From assembly GCA_030602375.1 (NCBI GenBank), contig JAUVZV010000003.1:1-43723 (forward strand): DNA of 43,723 nt, in the 5' to 3' direction. The notes beneath the pieces were generated by a model. The model did not search any database and was not told the origin of the DNA. It saw nothing but the letters and a program-made list of their open reading frames with translations. Both the position numbers and the translations under genes were made by a program. The stretch comes from Chloroflexota bacterium. GTDB lineage: Bacteria > Chloroflexota > Dehalococcoidia > Dehalococcoidales > JAUVZV01. Every line of letters starts with the position of its first letter. Position 1 is the stretch's first letter. Positions 38,154 to 43,723 of this stretch are shown here, one piece after another.

Positions 38154-39386
38154 TTACTCCCTAATCAGCAGCATCATGCCCAGCATTGCCAGAAAGGCAA
38201 GCCCGGCGCCAAGGAAAAATGGGGCGGCTGGGTTTATAACCTGCCACAACCAGCCGGCAATTAGGCTAGCTGGGAGAAGAGTCAGACCAACTACACCATG
38301 ATAAAGCCCGTAGGCCGTCCCCCTTTTCTCTGCAGGTACCAAATCAGCCACAAAGGCTCGGGCTACCCCTTCCACTATCCCGTAATAAATTCCATAACCG
38401 GCAAAAAGAAGCCATACCTGCCACTTACTTGAAGCCAAGGCAAACCCAAGGTAAACCAGGGCGTAAATAAACCAGCCCAGGGTAATGACCCGTCTCCTAC
38501 CCATCCTATCTGACAGCATACCTGCGGGTAGAGAAATAGCTGCATAGGTAATATTAAAAAGTACCAGCATCAAGACGACGTGAATAACCGGAGAACCCAG
38601 ATTCTGTGCCCGGAGTATAACAAAGAAATCGCTGGAATTACCCAGCGTGAATACTGCCATAACTAGAAGAAATAGCTTGAAACGACGGTCAAACCCCCCG
38701 CTAAATCTGCCCCCAGTTAAATCGATGGAATGGCTGTAGCCTGAGACCCGCTTTCTCTCGCCTTCCCTCACCCATATGATTAGCACCAGTAATGCCAGCA
38801 CTGCAGGAATGACCCCGAGTAGGACCAGCCACTTATAGGTCTTAAGATCAAGCTCAAGCCCTCCACCTTGAACCAGATAGACAATGATTGCCGCAAGAGC
38901 CAGTCCCAATACAGCACCTGAGGTATCCATAGCCCGGTGGAGTCCGAAACCTTTACCCCGCTCCTTGGCAGAAACAGAATCGGCAAGTAGCGCATCTCGC
39001 GGCGAAGTGCGAATACCCTTGCCAAGTCGGTCAGTAAATCTAATCGCCAGTACTCCACTCCAGCTAGTAACCAGATACATAAATGGTTTAGCCAGCGTGG
39101 AAATACCGTAACCCAGAACCGCCAGTGGTTTTCGCTTACCTATCTTGTCACTGAGCCAGCCACTAAATATCCTGAAGATAGCATCGGTGCTTTCTGATAA
39201 CCCGCCGATAAGACCAATAATAGTAGTAGCCGTTCCCAGCACATTAGATAAAAAGAGGGGAAGAAGGGTGAAAATCATCTCACTACTAATGTCGGTCAGA
39301 AAGCTGGTTATACCCAAGAAGAATACATTGGGGTTAAGTCCCCAAACTCTCCTTTGACTTGCCTCAGCACCTAATGGTTCCGCCAA
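38154..39386 (-). CDS. MFS transporter
   Basis: GWLSDKIGKRK, DRLGKGIRTSPRDALLA and GMLSDRMGRR motifs. Confidence 0.92.
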   Translation of the reverse strand: MAEPLGAEASQRRVWGLNPNVFFLGITSFLTDISSEMIFTLLPLFLSNVLGTATTIIGLIGGLSESTDAIFRIFSGWLSDKIGKRKPLAVLGYGISTLAKPFMYLVTSWSGVLAIRFTDRLGKGIRTSPRDALLADSVSAKERGKGFGLHRAMDTSGAVLGLALAAIIVYLVQGGGLELDLKTYKWLVLLGVIPAVLALLVLIIWVREGERKRVSGYSHSIDLTGGRFSGGFDRRFKLFLLVMAVFTLGNSSDFFVILRAQNLGSPVIHVVLMLVLFNITYAAISLPAGMLSDRMGRRRVITLGWFIYALVYLGFALASSKWQVWLLFAGYGIYYGIVEGVARAFVADLVPAEKRGTAYGLYHGVVGLTLLPASLIAGWLWQVINPAAPFFLGAGLAFLAMLGMMLLIRE

Positions 39387-39472
39387 CTACTTCTTCTCCC
39401 CTATTACCTCAGTAACCAGCTCCCTGACTTTATCCTACATCAAACATCATCTATTTGTCTGGGCAGGATGCC

Positions 39473-39501
39473 TTGACACCTCCCCTGGCAAAAGCTACAA
39501 T
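39473..39501 (+). promoter_or_regulatory. Sigma70 promoter of tRNA operon
   Basis: TTGACA-17 nt-TACAAT, 9 nt before tRNA-Phe. Confidence 0.8.
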
Positions 39502-39510
39502 GTTCTACGT

Positions 39511-39586
<76 letters not shown>

Positions 39587-39594
39587 AGCTAAAA

Positions 39595-39669
39595 GCGGAA
39601 GTAGTTCAGCGGTAGAACGCCTCCTTGCCAAGGAGGAAGTCGTGAGTTCGAATCTCATCTTCCGCTCCA
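39595..39669 (+). tRNA. tRNA-Gly (GCC)
   Basis: GCGGAAG/CTTCCGC acceptor stem, TT-GCC-AA loop, TCCA end. Confidence 0.97.
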
Positions 39670-39682
39670 GCTAAGAAAATAG

Positions 39683-39768
39683 GCCGAAGTGGCGGAATAG
39701 GCAGACGCGACAGTCTCAAAAACTGTTGGGGGGCAACCTCCGTGTCGGTTCGAGCCCGACCTTCGGCA
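39683..39768 (+). tRNA. tRNA-Leu (CAA)
   Basis: GCCGAAG/CTTCGGC acceptor stem, CT-CAA-AA loop, long variable arm; CCA not encoded. Confidence 0.96.
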
Positions 39769-39773
39769 TTAGT

Positions 39774-39847
39774 TGCCGAGTTGTGTAGTGGTAGCACGGG
39801 GGACTTTGAATCCCTTAGCCCTGGTTCGAATCCAGGCTCGGCAGCCA
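39774..39847 (+). tRNA. tRNA-Gln (TTG)
   Basis: TGCCGAG/CTCGGCA acceptor stem, CT-TTG-AA loop, GCCA end. Confidence 0.96.
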
Positions 39848-39852
39848 AAGCT

Positions 39853-39927
39853 TCCCCGGTAGCTCAACGGTAGAGCGGGCGGCTGTTAACCGCTAGGTTG
39901 TAGGTTCGAATCCTACCCGGGGAGCCA
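39853..39927 (+). tRNA. tRNA-Asn (GTT)
   Basis: TCCCCGG/CCGGGGA acceptor stem, CT-GTT-AA loop, GCCA end. Confidence 0.97.
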
Positions 39928-39951
39928 GTTTTATTAAGAGCAGAACTTTTA

Positions 39952-40587
39952 TTATCGAAGCAGGCGGACTTGGTGCAGTACCTGGTGGAAATCAGAAAAA
40001 ACACTGTAGGGAATTGATTCGCTCTTGAGAAGTCTGGCTAGATGACCGGTGGCAAATACATGGTCAGCACTACGTGCTACCTCCAAATCCGAGAGCCCGT
40101 CCCCGATGTAAATAACACTTCCACCCCGTTTTTTAAGCCAGGTGAAATATCTCCACTTGAACCCTTCATTAATAAGGCTACCCCCAGGATCTTGGTAAGA
40201 GACGATGATGCCATCTTTACCGAAGAACGTTTTTCCGCAGTACAATTCTAAGTTTGACATATCAACCTGGATTAACACAGTTTCAATATAAAAATCCAGG
40301 CCACTGCTGACGATAATAATTGGAATACCAGCATCTTGACAGTAGCTAGCAAATTCGAGGAACCCATCCCTTACCTCAATGTGTTGACAGACAAATTCTT
40401 GGAGCCTCTCTTTAGGCTCTTTGATGAGGGCATACTGTAGTTTATTGCTCTGTTCAACAGTTAAATAGCCGGAAAGGTAGTCATTTTCAATCTTACGCCA
40501 GTTGTCATGGGCAAAGTGTTCTCTGAGTAAAAGACTAAGGTTATTTCTGATTATGGTGCCGTCAAAGTCACATTGAATAATCATCAC
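39952..40587 (-). CDS. HAD-IB phosphatase (MtnX-like)
   Basis: CDFDGTI motif I, VSSG motif II and YIGDGLSD motif IV. Confidence 0.88.
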   Translation of the reverse strand: MMIIQCDFDGTIIRNNLSLLLREHFAHDNWRKIENDYLSGYLTVEQSNKLQYALIKEPKERLQEFVCQHIEVRDGFLEFASYCQDAGIPIIIVSSGLDFYIETVLIQVDMSNLELYCGKTFFGKDGIIVSYQDPGGSLINEGFKWRYFTWLKKRGGSVIYIGDGLSDLEVARSADHVFATGHLARLLKSESIPYSVFSDFHQVLHQVRLLR

Positions 40588-40640
40588 TCACAGCCATTTA
40601 ATAGTGAAATTTCAAACAGTCTTTGCCGAGCTTCACCACC

Positions 40641-41273
40641 TTAAGAGGCAGATTCAGACTGGCTACTTCCCGCCACAAGGTATCTGTGGAGATAAATGAG
40701 CCTGTATAAAACAACCAAGTTGGTCAAAGCAGCGATGAGAATGAGACAGAAGTAGGCTTGACCGGTGACAGCACCGAGCATTATTAAGAAAAGCCTTATA
40801 TCCCGCGAGGCAAGGGATTTAAGTCCTTTATCAAAGAGATGGCGATAGCGAGAATCAATACGAGCCCTAGTATAGCTAATACAAATGGTACCAGCGATAG
40901 CCAGAAAGCCGACCAGCCAGATTCCGGGATAAGTCTCATTAAAGTAAGACCAAAAGGTAAGTCCTAGCACTATCAGGATATCGGCATACCGGTCAAGTAT
41001 GGAATCAAGGAAGCCACCAAAGGTCGAGGCAATACCTTTCATTCGGGCAAGGCTGCCATCTATACCATCAACAATAGATGATAATTGGACCAAAAGACCC
41101 GCGATTATATTCTGACCAAAAATGAAGCTTATAAAAGACAAAAGCGCAATGCCGAATGCTACCCAAGTGATTTGATTGGGCGTTATTTTTGTCTTGGAAA
41201 GTAGCCGTGCTACTGGCTCCGATACCTTTCTATTTACATATTTAGAAATGTAGCCATCGTAGACAGCTTCCAC
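40641..41273 (-). CDS. CDP-alcohol phosphatidyltransferase, DIPP synthase-like
   Basis: DGxDGxxARxxxxxSxFGGFLDSILDR signature, plus DIPPS-type N-terminal DGYISKYVNRKVS and SRDIRLF. Confidence 0.82.
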   Translation of the reverse strand: MEAVYDGYISKYVNRKVSEPVARLLSKTKITPNQITWVAFGIALLSFISFIFGQNIIAGLLVQLSSIVDGIDGSLARMKGIASTFGGFLDSILDRYADILIVLGLTFWSYFNETYPGIWLVGFLAIAGTICISYTRARIDSRYRHLFDKGLKSLASRDIRLFLIMLGAVTGQAYFCLILIAALTNLVVLYRLIYLHRYLVAGSSQSESAS

Positions 41274-41282
41274 CTTTGTCTT

Positions 41283-42005
41283 CTACATCCTCGCCATGTT
41301 TAGGTTTTCCTCAGTATCCACATCCATCCAGAAGCAGCCACTGGCATCGCAGGTATCGAAACGGTACCCTCGGTTGATGAAGAGGCGAATAACACTGCTG
41401 ATTTCAGCTTCACTACCAAGCCGGGGCACAAGCTCATCTAAAGCCCGGAAGAAATTCTGTGTAAGAAGAAAGACCCCGGTATCAAGAGCATCCCAGTAAA
41501 CAAGATCCTTACCAATGTCTTTAATACAACCCTCTCTATTGACACTAACCTTGGTCGCCTCGGCTAGTTGATGGTACTCTGATGGCGAATAATCAATACA
41601 AAGCGTTTCACGGGAGGTCTGCCTATCCAGAAGACGCTCAACCAGCTTACCCTCAATTAAGTGGTCTCCCATGCAGAGAACAATTGGCTCTCCTTGCACC
41701 CATTCCCCAGCCCTGTAGAGTGAAATGGCATTGCCACCGCGATAATCGCAGTTGTAAACATACTGCAGCCTAGCACCAAAGCTGCTGCCATTGCCGAGCT
41801 CCTCCATCACCTTGTCTCCCAGGTAACCGACCACAATCACTATATCACTGATTCCGGCTGCTACCAATGCATCAATGGGATACCTTATTAATGGTACGCC
41901 ATTCACCGGCAGCACGACTTTGGGACACATAAGCGTTAGGGGGCCTAGCCGATCACCATCGCCAGCAGCCAGGATGACTCCCTTATCAACCTTTCGCTTG
42001 AACAC
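41283..42005 (-). CDS. NTP transferase, inositol-1-phosphate cytidylyltransferase (IPCT)-like
   Basis: ILAAGxGxRL..PK, GNAISL, MGDH, EATKV, IGKDL..WDALDTG and WMDVDT motifs. Confidence 0.8.
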   Translation of the reverse strand: MFKRKVDKGVILAAGDGDRLGPLTLMCPKVVLPVNGVPLIRYPIDALVAAGISDIVIVVGYLGDKVMEELGNGSSFGARLQYVYNCDYRGGNAISLYRAGEWVQGEPIVLCMGDHLIEGKLVERLLDRQTSRETLCIDYSPSEYHQLAEATKVSVNREGCIKDIGKDLVYWDALDTGVFLLTQNFFRALDELVPRLGSEAEISSVIRLFINRGYRFDTCDASGCFWMDVDTEENLNMARM

Positions 42006-42116
42006 CCTGAGACCTCAACTCTTTTTGATTGAATATTAGAAAGTAATTGCTCTGTGGCTCGAAAAGCTTCCAGCCAATCAGATTTTAGCATACTTTGTCA
42101 AGCTCAAGTGATAAAT

Positions 42117-42146
42117 ATAATACATGAGATATAGCTAGTTTGTCAA
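42117..42146 (-). promoter_or_regulatory. Sigma70 promoter of IPCT-DIPPS-HAD operon
   Basis: TTGACA-18 nt-TATTAT. Confidence 0.5.
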
Positions 42147-42186
42147 CAACTGCGCAGGAATGTCGTTGAATGATTGCAATCGCATT

Positions 42187-43293
42187 TTAAGACAGGGAAA
42201 TAGGGTAGCCGCCATAGTTTAGTGTCGTCTCACGCATGGCATTATAGTTCACCAAAGGGATATACTCAGGTACTGAGTTTGAAGCCCCTACAATATAGCC
42301 TCCGCCAGGTGCTATCTCCCGCAGGTTTCTTCTTACCAGCGCCTCAACCTCCTCCGGGGTACCTCGCGTCATCAAATCAACATCAATACCACCCAAAAGG
42401 CAGAGTTTATCCCCCACCTTTTTCTTAAGATAGCCAATATCCATGGCACTTGGCTCAATAGGGTGAAGGCCATTGACCCCAGCATCAATAATGTCATCCA
42501 GAACTTCATAGACGTTGCCATCGGTGTGCAAGATAAAGGGCAGGTCCTTCCTCTCACATAGCTTACCTACCTCCTTGAGCCAGGGGAAAAAGTATTCCCG
42601 CAAATGCCTGGGTGAAATCAGTAGGCCATTTTTATAGGCAATATCGTCGTTTACCCGTAAAGCACCCAGACAGTCAAAACTAACTATCCTCTGGATGCAT
42701 TCATATTGCAAGGTTGTAATCTTGTCGAACATCTTAGCTACAAGCCCGGGGTTATCCATCAAGGATAGATAGAAGGTCTCTCCTCCCATCAATAACCATA
42801 CCGGGGTGAAAACACCTTGCACGGTGTTAATAACCTTCATTCCTGGAGGAAGGTGCTCACCTACGGTCTTCAAGAGAGAAAAATCAAAATCTTTAATAGT
42901 CGGCCAGGGAAAGTTTTCAAACTCCTCCATTGTGGTGATGTTTCCTTTGCCTTCCTCCGCCCAAGCTCTCTCTCCTTCAGCATCGGTAAAAACGCTATAT
43001 TTAGCCGTTTTTGCTTGGAGTATCGGCTTTTTGGTAGCAAAGCTAGCCTCTTGTCCATAGTATGAATGTTTCCCCAACCCGAAAAAGCGTTGTAAGCCTA
43101 CCGCCGCCATGACAAAATCATAGCCAGCAGCGATGGCAAACTCCACCTCCCCCTTGAGGTCGGTCAAAGGTTTACCTAAAAAGGCACTCTTTACATCCCG
43201 GTGGACGCTATCAAAAAGAGGAACAAAGTCCGGTTCACCCTCTAAAAGAAGGGTTCGTCGGAATCTGGAGAAATCAGGCTCTCTCAACTCCAA
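42187..43293 (-). CDS. Uroporphyrinogen decarboxylase/MtaA-CmuA-superfamily protein
   Basis: DDIAYKNGLLISP, LHTDGN, LHPIEP, LLGGIDV and GGGYIVGASNSV motifs. Confidence 0.82.
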   Translation of the reverse strand: MELREPDFSRFRRTLLLEGEPDFVPLFDSVHRDVKSAFLGKPLTDLKGEVEFAIAAGYDFVMAAVGLQRFFGLGKHSYYGQEASFATKKPILQAKTAKYSVFTDAEGERAWAEEGKGNITTMEEFENFPWPTIKDFDFSLLKTVGEHLPPGMKVINTVQGVFTPVWLLMGGETFYLSLMDNPGLVAKMFDKITTLQYECIQRIVSFDCLGALRVNDDIAYKNGLLISPRHLREYFFPWLKEVGKLCERKDLPFILHTDGNVYEVLDDIIDAGVNGLHPIEPSAMDIGYLKKKVGDKLCLLGGIDVDLMTRGTPEEVEALVRRNLREIAPGGGYIVGASNSVPEYIPLVNYNAMRETTLNYGGYPISLS

Positions 43294-43409
43294 TCACCCC
43301 TACTACCAGCCGAAAATACCCCAAGCTTTTCTAGAACATCTTGACCAAAAAGATAATACGCCGTATCGACAAGGAACCGGTGCTTTACAAAGAAACTGTG
43401 ACTTGATAC

Positions 43410-43467
43410 TGGCAAGAACGTATAGGAGTCGAACCCGCCTAAGATATTCTTAACACCCGCTAACAGA
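43410..43467 (-). pseudogene. Degenerate 3' fragment of a tRNA, probably tRNA-Sec (att-like remnant)
   Basis: Minus strand ...GGGTGTT-AAG-AATATCT (variable-arm-like) ...GCGGG-TTCGACT-CCTAT-ACGTTCTT-G-CCA: T-arm, 8-nt acceptor strand, G discriminator, CCA. No intact 5' half. Confidence 0.6.
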
Positions 43468-43723
43468 TTATGAATGGTGGCCATCATGATATAGTAGCGA
43501 TGGCACGTCTCCGGAAAACTCTTCCAGTTCCTTGAGTTTGTTCTCGACCTCGGCCTGCCGCTTCTTGGTATCCCGCTTAAACTCAATTGAGTGACTGTAG
43601 TATCGCTTGACCTTTTCCACCTCACTTAGTTCGGACAGAACCAAGGTGATATCCAGCGATCTTTTCTCCCTGGGGTAATCACCATTTCTGATGATAGCCT
43701 CAGGGGCTATATCCTTGAGGTAG
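43468..43723 (-). CDS. C-terminus of tubulin/FtsZ-superfamily (CetZ-like) protein, 5'-truncated
   Basis: Not in ORF track. The open frame reads YLKDIAPEAIIRNGDYPREKRSLDITLVLSELSEVEKVKRYY...KLKELEEFSGDVPSLLYHDGHHS*, resembling the CetZ 'VRGGDYP...V.LLSGV..V..IK' C-terminal region. Confidence 0.55.
   Translation of the reverse strand, partial: YLKDIAPEAIIRNGDYPREKRSLDITLVLSELSEVEKVKRYYSHSIEFKRDTKKRQAEVENKLKELEEFSGDVPSLLYHDGHHS

Noticed and set aside
43284-43625. Track ORF of 113 aa on the minus strand
   Set aside because: A different frame (43468-43722) gives a recognisable protein C-terminus; this ORF crosses the tRNA remnant and has no motifs.

Overview
Bacterial chromosome segment, most consistent with Chloroflexota, class Dehalococcoidia. 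This placement is inferred from gene order and content, not from a database search. The core housekeeping blocks are rpsB-tsf-pyrH-frr-cdsA-dxr-rseP-ispG-proS, thrS-infC-rpmI-rplT-pheS-pheT, queA and surE, plus a panG-panD-panB-panC operon behind a pan RNA motif, a flxDCBA-like (mvhD/4Fe-4S/FAD-NAD) cluster and five tRNAs (Phe, Gly, Leu, Gln, Asn). Features of most interest: (1) an nrpR-hisF-gdhA operon with a near-consensus NrpR operator, whose HisF lacks a conserved HisH-facing Gln and has no hisH neighbour; (2) an IPCT-DIPPS-HAD operon (di-myo-inositol-phosphate-type pathway with a candidate dedicated phosphatase); (3) a ~4.5 kb insertion bounded by a 101-bp duplication of an MFS 3' end, carrying two proteins with a shared CxxC...CxWCxYPL zinc ribbon (one OB-fold, one response regulator) and a DivIVA-like protein; (4) the C-terminus of a CetZ-like tubulin-superfamily protein at the right edge, followed by a decayed tRNA-Sec 3' fragment; (5) no uppS at its usual position, atypical PheS active-site motifs, a 5-aa deletion in ThrS and a decayed T-box-like thrS leader. 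No CRISPR array, rRNA, integrase or transposase was seen.
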